A program made the position numbers and the translations under genes. From NCBI RefSeq assembly GCF_009914755.1, contig NC_060937.1: a DNA stretch of 64,000 bases; one strand, 5' to 3'. Shown here piece after piece: positions 38,678 through 51,500 of this stretch (positions are counted from its first letter, which is position 1; each line of letters opens with the position of its first letter). The DNA is from the human T2T-CHM13v2.0 reference genome, Homo sapiens. The notes under the pieces were generated by a model. That model did no database searches, was not told the DNA's origin, and worked only from the letters and a program-made list of their open reading frames with translations.

Positions 38678-40474
38678 CTGCAAGGTGAGGCTGGGGAGAG
38701 GAAGCAGCTCCATAACACATATGAAACCCTGGAAACACTTTTTAGCCAAAATCTCAAGACCACATTACACCCAGAAATGGGTGCCCTCTGAGCACACTTG
38801 TCTCTCTGTCTCCCACTCTGAGCTCCCTCATGGCCCCACATGCCCCAGCCTGGCCCAGAGCTTGAAGCCCATTAAGAGTTCAGTCCATGGTGTTGACTGC
38901 TCCCTGGGAAAGGATAGAGCTTGGTGGCTCTGGGACTCCTCCTGTGGAACCCCTGCGTCTGCCTTGGGACCTCCCAATTCCCATGGGAAGCCCCCATGGC
39001 TCTGGATTGCCCCACCTGCCTGGGATCCTCCAGCCCCATAGGCCTTACTTGATGCCTTAGCCCTCCCAGAACATGACATGTTTCTCAGAATGTGGCTGAT
39101 GTCCAGGGCCATCTGTGGATGTTTGCTGGGGACTTCTTGCTGATTTCCTTTATGGTCTGTAGGGCAGGGCCAAGAGGAGAAACCAGCCCAACCTCAGAAT
39201 GGACCAAAGGCTCACTGCCCCAGTGGCAACCACCAAACAGTCAGCAGTGCTTCTGAAAGGAAAGAAGGTTTCATTCTGCAGAAAGCTCCTTGTTTGGCTT
39301 CTTTCTGATGCCAGGGAGGGGTACCAATCCCTGCATACCTGTGGTGCCTACGCTACCATCTCTGCCTAGGATGTGCAATGGGCCCCTGCTCCCACTGCAG
39401 GGTTGACGTTCCCTCCAGCTGGAGACCTGGGCTCCTGACACCGCCTGGCCTCTTTGTCCTGCTCTGGATGAGGGTGGAAAGGCTGTACCTGGTATTTCCC
39501 TAGGTCCTTGCTTTCCACCTTCTAAACATCCAGCAGGAGTGACCATGCCCAGCACCACATCTGAAGTGGGACTCCCTTGTGGAGCAGCCAAGAAATCTAC
39601 AGATGGAAGAATGCTCTGGTGAGATAGGCCACAGGGGTCCCTGGGGAGGATCTGGGGCCAGAGGATTCTGGAGGTTTCCGGCCTTGGGCTCTGTGGAACT
39701 ATGATCTGGAGCTATTTTTTCATTTAGGTCACCAAGAGACAACCCCTAACCCCTGAGCAAGGCATGGTCCAAGCTCTGGCATGACATTCTCTTCCAGTAA
39801 TGCAATGCTTGCAGAGACAGGTACAAAAGCTGGTGACCAGGCCTGCTGTCCCCCAGGTAAGGAGAGTGTGCTACCCACCCTCTGAGAGGTGGTGCCAGGC
39901 CACAGCACTGGGTGCCTGTACCCCTGGCTCTGCAGACACCTGTCATGGAGGTGCCATGGAGGTCCTCCCCTCTCCACATTATCTTCTTGCTGCTCCTAGA
40001 TTTCTTCTAGTCATTAAGCATGTTGAGCCATTTTTCTGTGCATCCGATCTGACATTTTTGCTCTCAGATGAAACATGACAAAGTAAGCTGAGCCACCAGG
40101 ATTCCTGGAGGGAACCTTGGATGCTTGGTCTTGGGCTCCAGGGCACTGATGGGAAGGAGCCGGGGAAGGACAAACACTGGGGCTGAGCCCCTGTGACCCA
40201 ATGGCAACTTGTGGCCGTCCTTATGGCCCCAAGACACCCTGTCCTCAGGCCACAGACACCATGGGCTTTGGTCAGGTCCCAGCCTCCCAGTAGTGTCCCG
40301 GCACTGACCCCTGAGCCACAACCACAGTTCTGGGTTTGGGGTTTGGTAAAACCACCCCAGGGACAGAGTTCTGGGGCCGGGTTTGGAGGAACCAAGGCGC
40401 CTCCCAGGGATGGTGTGTCACTCCTACTTGCCATGAAATGTGCACACAGGCTGTCCTCCTGCCCATCCTATCCT

Positions 40475-41444
40475 GCTGGACAGGATGGAGAAAGTGAGGG
40501 AACAGGCAGCGTGGACAGCTGGGGTGCAGGGAGAGGCAGGTGCATGCTGGGAGGTCAGGCCCTGTGAGGGCTGTGGGGGCATCAGGTGGAGTGGGCTCCA
40601 GGTGCACCCTCAGTGCAACGGGCAGGTCTCAGGCCAGGCTTCCTGGACCCCGGCTGGGTGATGTGGTCACTCCCTAGGGGACTACTGTCAGACCCTGGCC
40701 ACCCACCCTGGGCAGCACTGTCCCATCCCAGGGCTGGATTTTCTGAGTCCTCAGACAGGACAGCACTGCCCAGGCCTGACAGACTGGGAAGACCTCTTAA
40801 GTCCTCCATCCCTAGACCAGCCTCCCAACAGCAGGGACAGTCTCCTACCCTTACCTTCAGGGCACTGACTGATCCATCTCACTCTAAGGCAACCAAGGCA
40901 GAGCTGAGGACCTGTGCCAGGCTGGAAGCCAGTCCCCTCCCTAAATAGGCCTTAGGGAAGCCTCATCCCTGTCCCAGTGCACTGCAAGTTTCAGCCCAGG
41001 AGACACATAGGGAAGGGATGATGGGGCCTCCCCACTGGCTGACCTTGGAAAAGCGGGACCTGGGAGAAGAGGGAGTGCAGGGCTGGCAGGGGATTCTCCA
41101 GGCCCATGGAGAGCTCAGGCTGCACCATGGGGCTGCCCCTCCTGGGCTGGAGGCTGTGCCCTCTGCAGGATCTGAGGAAGTGCAGTCCTGAGATGGGACG
41201 GTGCTACCCAGGTTGGGTGGCCAGTGCCTGACAATAGTCCCCCAGCAAATGACCACATCACCCAGCCAGGGTCCAGGGAGCCTGGGCCAAGACCTGCCCA
41301 GTGCACTGAGGGTGCACCTGGTGCCCAGTCCACCTGATGCCCCCACAGCCCTCACAGGGTCTGACCTCCCAGCATGCACATGCCTCTCCCTGAAACCCAG
41401 CTGCCCACCCTGCCTATTCCCTGGCCTCCTCCATCCTGTGCAGC
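40475..41444. repeat. Long inverted repeat: arms ~40475-40775 and ~41141-41444
   Basis: Left arm tgcatgctgggaggtcaggccctgtgagggctgtgggggcatcaggtgga is the reverse complement of right arm tccacctgatgcccccacagccctcacagggtctgacctcccagcatgca; ORF-track peptides are repeated on opposite strands. Confidence 0.9.
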
Positions 41445-41649
41445 CCATAGACTGTGACCATCTCTCTGGCCACTCTGGTACTTCCTTTACCTTTGTCCTG
41501 TCAGAATCTCTGAGCAAGATCTCCCAGGTCCATCCAAACACCTGCTTTGTCCACTTTTGACTGGGCCATTGAACACCACTGGGCCATCCCAGCTGTCCAC
41601 AGGGCCCTCGATAACATGCATTTCTCCTGACATCTCCCTGTAGTGCTCA

Positions 41650-42513
41650 GCACCCCCACTGAACAGGTCCCTGCTGACCAGATCCAGCATATCAGATCCT
41701 CCCTGACCACACCCTCACTGACTAGACCCCCATCACGAGGCCTCACTGACTAGATTCCCGCTGACAGGCCCACAATGACCAGGACTCCACTGATGAGGAC
41801 CTTACTGACAAGGCCTCACTGGTAAGGCCTCACTGGCCAGGTCATTACTGACAAGGCCTCACTGATCAGGTTCCACCGATCATGACCCCATTGCCTGGTC
41901 CCACAGATGAAGCCCTACTGACCAGGCCTCCAGGGAATAGGCTGCCAGTGACCAGGCCCCTACTAACCAGGCCTGAGGTGACCAGATGCCCCTGACCGGG
42001 ACTCTAATGAGTATGCCACACTGAACAGGCACGCACTGCTCAGATCCCCGCTGACCAGGTCACCCCGTAGACCAGTGCTACAAAAGCCACCACTGATCAA
42101 GTCCTTTCTGACCAGGCCCCCACTGATTAGGTTCCACTGAGCAGCCTGCCCTCACCAGGGCCCCACTGACAAGTGCCTCTGCTGACTAGGTCCCATGTGG
42201 CCAGGCCTCCACTGAATAACACCCCTTGACCTAGTCACCAGTAACCCAGCCCAATCAGACAAGGCCACAACTAAGCCCCAGCTGACAAGGTCTCCACTGA
42301 CCAAGTCCCACAGCCCAGGTTGGCATTGACCAGACACCAAACATTTGTCTGCCACTAGGAACCCACTCACCAAGACCTGCACTACTAGATCCCTCTAATG
42401 AGACCCTCTCTAAGCAGACCCCTGCTGACCACCCCCCACTAAATAGGCCTCACTGACCAAGTCCCGACTGACTAGGTCCACTGAGCAGGCCCACACTGAT
42501 CAGGCCCCTCCTA
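41650..42513. repeat. Degenerate 14-15-bp minisatellite, consensus about ACTGACCAGGCC(T/C)C
   Basis: actgacaaggcctc actggtaaggcctc actggccaggtcatt actgacaaggcctc actgatcaggttcc and dozens more. Confidence 0.88.
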
Positions 42514-42514
42514 A

Positions 42515-45500
42515 CCATATCAGAAGGCCAAGCGGCAATGAGATGTTTCACATGGCAGGAGTAGGAGCAAGACAGAGAGAGGAAAGAGGTGTGACATCCT
42601 GTTAGACAAGCAGATCACATAAGAACTCACTATCAGGACATCAGCATCAAGACTAACCAATGGTGAAGGATTCTCCACTCACACCACCGCCCACTGTTTT
42701 CAGGCAGAAGCCTCCTGCAGAAGCAGAACCTCTTAGGAAACTTCCACTATGGCAGTGCAGAAGGAAAATATAGGCTTTGAGCCCCGACACAGGAGGCCAC
42801 CATCCTCCAGACTCCAGGTTCATAAGCCCACCAACAGCTCACACCCTCAGTACAGAAAAGCTACAGGCACTCGACACGAACCCAGCCCATGAGAGCAGCC
42901 ATGGGGGCTACACCCTGCAAAGCCACAGGTGCACTGTCCTAGTAGAGGTTTCCCATGAGCCTCTGCCTCTGCAGCAGGTTACTCCCACCCTCCCACCACC
43001 CTACTGATGACCTACTCCTCCCTACACTACCCCTCCTTTTCCTTCCACTCCAACCCCCTCCCATCCAAGATTAAATCACCTCCCACCTGGCCCACCTCCA
43101 ACATTAAGGATGACACGTGAGTTTTATAGGGACACACAGCCAACCCATATTATTCTGACCCTGATACCCCAGAACCTCATGTCCTTCTCACAGAGCAAAA
43201 CACAATTATGCCTTTTCAAAAGTTTCCAAAAGTCTTAACTCATTCCAAATGTAAAAATTTCAAAGTCTCATATGAGACAAGGTTACAATCCCTTCTTCCA
43301 ATGAGTCCCTGAATTTAGAAGGGATTTCTTTTCCTTCAAGGTACAATAGGCATTGGGTAAGTTTTCTCAATCCAAAGGGAAGGAATTCCCCAGAAAAATA
43401 ACACAAATGCAAGTCCAAACCCCAGCAGGACAGTATTCATTCAATCTCAGAGCTCTGTAATTATCAAGAGAACTCACTATCATGCAGACAGCATTAAGGA
43501 GACAGTGTTTAACCATTTATGAAGAATCCAACCCCCACACTCATCTTTCACCCCCACCCACAAAACAATCTCCCCATTCTCCCCACAACCCTACCTCCAA
43601 CACCCACTCTTCTCCATGATTAAATCACCTCCCACCAGGCCCCACCTTTAACATTCACCATCACAATTCCATGAGAGTATTGGTAGGGACAAAAAGTCAA
43701 ATCATATTATTCTGACTTGGGTCCCCCCCAATCTCATATCCTTGTCACACTACAAAATACAGTGATGCCTTATGTACAGTCCCCCAAAGTCTTAACTCAT
43801 TCCAGCATTTACTGAAATGTCCAAAGCCCAAAGTCTCATCTGAGACAAGGCTGCAGTCCCTTCTGCTCATGAACCTCTGAAATACAAAGCAAGTTAACCG
43901 TTTCCAAGGTGCAATGATTGTACAGGCATTGGGTAAGCATTCCCAGCCAAAAGGAAAAAATTTGCGAGAAAGAAGCACAAAACACAGATGGGACTTACAG
44001 ACCCCATGCAAGTCAAAAACCCAGCAGGCCAGTCATTGAATTCTACAGCTCCCAAATCATCTTTTCTGAATCTGTATCCCACATCTGGAGTACAGGGGTG
44101 GATGGCTGGGCTCCCAAGGCCTTGGACAGCTCAGCATCTGTAGCTGTGCAGGGTCTGTCCCCCACAGGTGCCCTCATGGGCTGGGCTGGTGTTGAGTGCC
44201 TGTGGCTTTTCCACACTGAGGGTGCCAGCAGTTGGTGGGACTATGAATCTAGGGTCTGGAAAATGGTGCATGCCGGTGTGGGGGCTCCAACCCTATATGT
44301 TCCTTCTGTACTGCCCTAGTAAAGGTTTCCCATGAGGCTCTGCCTCTTGGAAAAGCTTCTGCCTCAACACACAGGTTTTGCCGTACATACTCTGGTGTCT
44401 AGACAAAGGCTCCCAAGCCTCTAGTTTTGTGCTCTGTGCACCTGCTGGCTTAGTACTATGTGGAAGCCACCAAGGCTTGAAGCTTGCACCCCTGAAGCAC
44501 TGATGCAAGCTGTACCTGTGCATCTTTCAGCCATGGCTGGAGCTGGAGCTGGAGCTGCAGGGATACAGGCAGCAGTGTCCTGAGGACGGACACAGCAGCA
44601 CGACCATGGGAATCACCCAGGAAAGCATTCTTCGGTCCTAGAACTCGGGGCCTGTGACAGCAAGCTCTGCTGCAAAGGTCTCTGAAATGGCTTCAAGGCC
44701 TTTTAGACATTACCTTACCTATTAGCACTGGGCTCCATTTCATGCAAATTTCTGAAGCCTTCTTGAATTTTCCCACTGAAAATCAGCTTTGCTTTTTGAC
44801 CACTTGGCCAGGCTGCAAATTTTCCAAACTTTTAAGCCCTGCTTCTCATTTAAATATAAGTTTCAACTTGAGGTCATTTATTCAGTCACACAGAAGACCA
44901 CAGGCTGTTCAAAACAGACAAGACACCTCTTGAGCTTTGCTGCCTACTTCATTTCACCAGATATACCCTAAATCATAGCCCTCAAGTTCAAAGTTTCAGA
45001 GGTCTCCAGGGCAGGGACACCATCCAGCAAAGTTCTTTGCTAAGGCAAAACAAAAGTAAACTTGACTCCTGTTCTCAGTAAGTTGCTCATTTTCATCTGA
45101 GACCTTCTAAGCCTGGCCTTCACTGTCCATCCTTCAGTCACTCCTTTAATTATAGATATGTAACAAGTCTCTATGGTCACCCTTTTAATTTAACACGTCT
45201 CTACAATAGTCCAAATTTTCCCTCATCTTTCTGTCTTCTTCCAAGCCCTCCAAACTGCAGCGTCTTGTTACCCACTTCTGAACCTGCTTCTACATTTTCA
45301 GCTACCGTTGTGGCAGCCTGGCAATGTGGTAAAAGAAGAAAAGTCCATTTTCAGGGAGAAAATTCAAGAAGCCTTCAGATATTTGCATATAAAATAAGCC
45401 AAATGCTAATAGTAAAAAAAAAAAAAGAGGAAAAAACCTTGAGGGCATTTCATGGTTCCATTCTACAGTACAAATTTTCTGTAATATTATTTTTAAAAGA

Positions 45501-48500
45501 GGTTTAATTGGCTCATGTGTCTGCAGGCTGTAAGGCAGCAAGTGGCTTCTGCTTCTGGGAGGACTCAGGAAGCCTCCCAATCATACCAGAAGGCCAAGTG
45601 ACAATGAGATGTTCCATATGGCAGGAGTAGGAAGAAGACACAGAGAGGAAAGAGGTGCCACACTCGGTTATACAACCAGATCTCATGAGAACTCACTATC
45701 AGGAGATCAGCATCAGGAAGATTAACCAATGGGGAAGGATCCACCCATACCGCCCCCCACTGTTTCAGGCAGAAGCCTCCTGCAGAGGCAGAACCTCTTG
45801 GAGAACCTCTACCAGCGCAGTGCAGAAGGAAAATATGGGCTTGGAGACCCCACACAGGAGGCCACCATCCTCCAGACTGCAGATTCATAGACCCACCAAC
45901 AGCTTGCACTCTCTGCGTGGAAAAGCTACAGGCACTCCACACCAGCCCAGCCCATGAGAGCAGCCATGGGGGCTACACCCTGCAAAGCCACAGGTGCACT
46001 GCCCTAGTACAGACTTTCCATGAGCCTCTGCCTCTGCAGCAGGCTACTCCCCCTTCCTGCTACCCACCACCCTCTCACCACCCTACTAACAACCTACTCC
46101 TCACCCTACCCACCCCTTTTCCTTCCACCCCCGGCCCCCTCCCATCCATGATTAAATCACCTCCAGCCAAGCCCCACTTCCAACATTAAGGATTACAATT
46201 CACATGAGTTTTGGTAAAGAAACACAGCCAAATCATATTATTCTGACCCTGATCCCCCACAGTCTCATGTCCTTCTCACAGAGCAAAATATATTCATGCC
46301 TTTTCAAAAGTTTCCAAAAGTCTTAACTCATTCCAACATTAACTCAAATGTAAAAAAAATCAACATCTCATCTGAGACAAGTCTACAGTACCTTTTGCAT
46401 ATAAGTCCCTGAATTTAAAAGGATGTTCTTTTCTTTCAAGGTACAATAATGGTACTGGCTTTGGGTAAGCTTTTTCAATCCAAAGGGAAGAAATTTCCCA
46501 GGAAGGAAACACAAATGGGACCACAGGCCCAATACAAGTCCAAAACCCAGAAGGCCAGTATCCATTCAATCTTACAGCTCCAAAGTCATGAAGAGAACTC
46601 ACTATCACAAGGACAGCAATAAGGAGAGTGTTTACTCATTTGTGAAGGATCCGCCCCCCACCCCCAATTTTCACTCCTCACCTGCACCATAAATCCCCCA
46701 TTCTCCCTATGCCCCATCTTCCAACCCCCACTCTCCACCGTGATTAAATCACCTTCCACCAGGCCCCACCTTTAACATTCCGATTACAATTCCACATGAG
46801 TTTTGGTAGAGACACAGAGCTGAATTTTATTATTCTGTCCCTGGCTCCCCAAATCTCATGTCCTTCTCACATTGCAAAATACAATGATGCCTTCCCTACA
46901 GTCCCCCAAAATCTTATATCATTACAGCATTTATACAAATGTTCAAAGCTTAAAGTCTCATCTGACACAAGGCTACAGTTTCTTAGGCCCATGAGCCTCT
47001 GAAATATAAAGCAAGTTAACTACTTCCAAGGTACAATGCTTGTACAGGCATTGGGTAAGCATTCCCAGCCAAAAGGAAGAATGTTGCTGGAAAAAAACAA
47101 AACACAGATAGGACTTACCGGCCCCATGAAACTCTAAACCCAGAAGGCCAGTCATTCCATCCTACAGCTCCAAAATCAACCTTTTTGAAACCCTGTCCCA
47201 CATCCAGGGCACAGGGGTGTGAGGGCTGTGCTCCCAAGGCCTTGGGCAGCTTGGCACCTGTGTCTTTGCAGGGTTTATGCCCCATGGCTGCCCTCATGGG
47301 CTTGGCTGGTGTTGAGTGCCTGTGACTATTCCCCACTAAGAATACAAGTTGCTGGGGGGTCTATGAATCTGGGGTCTGCATGATGGTGGCCTCCAGTGTG
47401 GGGGCTCCAACCCCATACTTTCCTTCTGCACTGCCCTAGTAGAAGTTTCATATAAGGCTCTGCCTTTTTGGGATGTTTTTGCCTGGACACCCAGGCATTT
47501 CCATACATCTTCCAAAATCTATAGAGAGGTTCCCAAGCCTCTAGTCTCATGCTCCGTCCACCAGTGGCTTAACACTATGAGGAACTTACCAAGGCTTCTA
47601 GCCGGCACCCTCTATAGCAGTGACCCAAGCTGTACCTGCGCATCTTTCAATCATGGCTGGAGATGGACCTGGAGCTGGAGCCACAGGGATGCAGGCAGCA
47701 GTGTCCTGAGGCTGCACACAGAGGGGGGTCATGGAACTGGCCCAGGAAACCATTCTTCTCTCCTAGGCCCCAGGGCCTGTAACAGCAAGGGCTGCTGCAA
47801 AGGTCTCTGAAATGCCTTCAAGGCTTTTTCCCTATTCTCTTGTATATTAGCACTGGGCTCCTTTTCATGCAAGTTTCTGAAGCCTTCTTCAATTTTCCCC
47901 CTGAAAATCAGCTTTTCTTTTTGACCACATGGCCAGGCTGCAAATTTTCCAAACTTTTGAGTTCTGTTTCTCATTTACTATAAGAGTTCGGACTCATTTA
48001 ATGTAAGTCCCATCCAGAGGTCATTTCCTCCATCACACATAAGAGCACAGGCTGCTCGATGGAGACAGGACACCTCTTGAGCTTTGCTGCTCAGATCATT
48101 CCATCAGATACTCAGTAAATCATCACCCTCAAGTTCAAAGTTTCACAGATCTCCAGGGCAAGGTCACTGTTCAGACACGTTCTTTGCTAAGGAAACAAAA
48201 GTAACTTTGACTTCCGTTCCCAGTAAGTGCTTCATTTTTATCTGAGACCTTCTAAGTCGGGCTTTCACTGACCATTTTCCTGTGAGCCTTCTGATCACAA
48301 GTGTTTAACAATTCTTTACAAAGATCCAAACTTTCTTTCATCTTCTTGTCTTTGAAGCCCTCCAAACTCTCCTGACCTCTGTCCGCTACTCCCTTCTGAA
48401 CCTGCTTCTACATTATCACTATCTTTGCCACAGCCTGGCAATGTGGTAAAGGAAGACAAGTCCATTTTCAGGGGGAAAATTCATGAAGCCTTCACATACT

Positions 48501-51500
48501 TGAATGAAAAGAAGCTGAGTGATGATTGCCAAGACAATGACATTTAATAGTTCCACTTTGCACTACTAATTTTCTCTATGATCATAAAGAAAAGAGGTTT
48601 AATTGGCTCATGATTCTGCAGGCTGTAAGGAAACACAGTGGTTTCTGAATCTGGGAGGACTCAGGAAGCCTCCCAATCATACCAGAATGTCAAGGGGCAA
48701 TGAGATGATTCATGTGGCAGGAGTAGGCACAAGACAGAGAGGAAAGAGAGCCACACCCTATTATACAACCAAATCTTATGTGAACTCACTATTACAAGGT
48801 CAGCATCATGAAGGTGGTGCTTAAACATTGATGAAGGAACAAACACCCACCCCCAACTCCCACTGTTTCCAAACAGAAGCCTGCTGCACAGGCAGAGCCT
48901 CTTGGAAAACCTCTACTAGGGCAGTGTGGAAGGAAAATATGGGCTTGGAGCCCCCACGGAGATGGCCACCACCCTCCAGACCCCAGATTCACAGACCCAC
49001 CAGCAGCTCACACCCTCTGTGCAAAAGCTACAGGCTTTTGCAAACCTCAACACCAACCCAGCCCATGAAAGCAGCTGCAGGGGCTCAACCCTGCAAAGCC
49101 ACAGGTGCACTGCCCTAGTAGAGGTTTTCCATGAGGCTTTGCCTCTGCAGCAGGCTACTCCCCCTTCCTACTACCCCCAACTCTCCCACCATTCTACTGC
49201 CAGCCTTCTCCTCCTTCCTACTACCCCCAACTCTCCCACCATTCTACTGCCAGCCTACTCCTCCCCACCCTAACCAACCCTTTTGTGATACCCTACCTTG
49301 TTTTAACCTGATAGACTCTCCCTTAGCTGAGGGAGCCAGGCAGACTCCATCTTGGCTGTGTCACTTGCAGCCCCTTACACACAACCCTTCTTAAAGAACA
49401 TAACTTGGGCAAGCCGACTCCCAGCACATCAAAGAATGCAATTACTGACAAGATACTGTGGCAAGCTATATCCACAGCTCCCAGGAATTCACCCCGTTGA
49501 TGGTACCTAAAACCCCCGCATTTGTGTCCAGTTGATAGCACCCAGAGCCCCCACATCTATCACCTTTTGATGGATTTAAAGCCCCTGCACCTGGAACTGT
49601 TTGTTTTCCTGTAGCCATTTACCTTTTTAAATTTTTGCCTGTTTTGCTTCTGTAAGATTGCTTCAGCTAGGCTCCCCTTCCCCTTTCTAAACCAAAGTAT
49701 AAAAGAAAATCTAGCCCCTTCTTAGGGGCCGAGAGAATTTTGAGCACTAGCACTCTCTCGGTTGCCAGCAATAAAGGACTCCTGAATTTGTCTCATAGTG
49801 TGGGGTTTCTCTACAACTCGCTTGGTTACAATCCTTTTCCTTCCACCCCCAACCCACCTCCAATCCATGATTAATCATCTCCCCCAGGCCCCACCTTCAA
49901 CATTTGGAATTACAATTCCACGTGAATTTGTATAGGGACACACAGCCAAACCATATTATTCTGACCCTGATATCCCAGAATCTCATGTCCTTATCACAGA
50001 GCAAAATACAATCATGCCTTTTCAAAAGTTCCAACAGCCTTAACTCATTCCAAGTGTAAAAAGTTCAAAGTCTCATCTGTGACAAGGCTACTGCCCCTTC
50101 TGCCTATGAGTCCCTGAATTTAAAAGAGATTTCTTTTCTTTCAAGGTACAATGATGGTACAGGTATTGTGTAAGCTTTCTCAATCCAAAGGGAAGAAATT
50201 TCCCAGAAAAATAACACAAATGGGCCCACAGGCCCAGTGCAAGTCCAAAACCCAGCAGGGCAGTATTCACTCAATCTCACAGCTCCAAAATCATCAAGAG
50301 AACTCATTGTCATGCGGACAGCATTAAGGAGACAGTGTTTACCCATTTGTGAAGAATCTGTTTCCCCACCCTCATCTTTCACTCCCACCCACAAAATAAT
50401 CTCTCCCACTCTCCCCACACCACTACCTCCAACACCCACTGTTCTCCATGATTAAATCACCTCCCACCAGGTCTCACCTTTAACATTCCCTACTACAATT
50501 CCAAATGAGTATTGCTAGGGACACAGAATCAAATCATATTATTCTGGCTCTTGCTCCCCAAATATTGTATCCTTGTCACACTGCAAAATACATTGATGAC
50601 TTCTTTACTGTTCCCCAATGACTTAACTCATTCCAGCATTTACTAAAATGTACGAGGACTTACAGACCCCATGCAAGTCAAAAACCCAGCAGGCCAGTCA
50701 TTGAATCCTACAGCTCCAAGTCATCTTTTCTGAATGGACGTCTCACATCCAGAGCACAGGCGTGTCATGGCTGGGCTCCCAAGGCCTTGGGCAGCTCTGC
50801 ACCTGTGGCTGTGCAGGGTCTATCACCCACAGCTGCCCGCATGGGCTGGGCTGGTGTTGAGTGCCTGTAGCTTTTCCACACTAAGGGTGCCAGCTGTTGG
50901 TGGGTCTATGAATCTGGGGTCTGGAGAATGGTGCCTCCATATTTAGGGACTCCAGCCCTATATTATCCTTCTGTACTGCCCTAGTAAAGGTTTCCCATGA
51001 GGCTCTGCCTCTTGGAAAAGCTTCTGCCTGAACACAAAGGTTTTTCTGTACATACTCTGGAGTCTAGACTAAGGCTCCCAAGCCTCTAGTTTTGTGCTCT
51101 GTGCACCTGCTGGCTTAACACTATGTGGAAGCCACCAAGGCTTGAAGCTTGCACCCCTGAAGCGTGATGCAAGCTGTACCTGTGCATCTTTCAGCCATGG
51201 CTGGAACTAGAGCTGCAGGGATGCAGGCAGCAGTGTCCTGAGGCTGCTCACAGAGGGGGATCATGGAACTGGCCCAGGAAACCATTCTTCTCTCCTAGGC
51301 CCCAGGGCCTATGATAGCAAGGGCTGCTGCAAAGGTTTCTGAAATGGCTTCAAGGCCTTTTCCCTATTTTATTGGCTGTTAGCACTGGGCTCCTTTCATG
51401 CAAATTTCTGAAGGCTTCCTCAGTTTTCCCCTGAAAATCAGCTTTTCTTTTTGACCACTTGGCCAGGCTGCAAATTTTTGAGTTCTGTTTCTCATTTAAT

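Noticed and set aside
39729-41746. Many overlapping 70-190-aa ORFs
   Set aside because: These are expected in GC-rich DNA; the repeated peptides are explained by the inverted repeat, and no homology was recognised.
41650-42513. CRISPR-like appearance of short recurring repeats
   Set aside because: The units are directly adjacent and degenerate with no unique spacers, the context is primate, and there are no cas genes.
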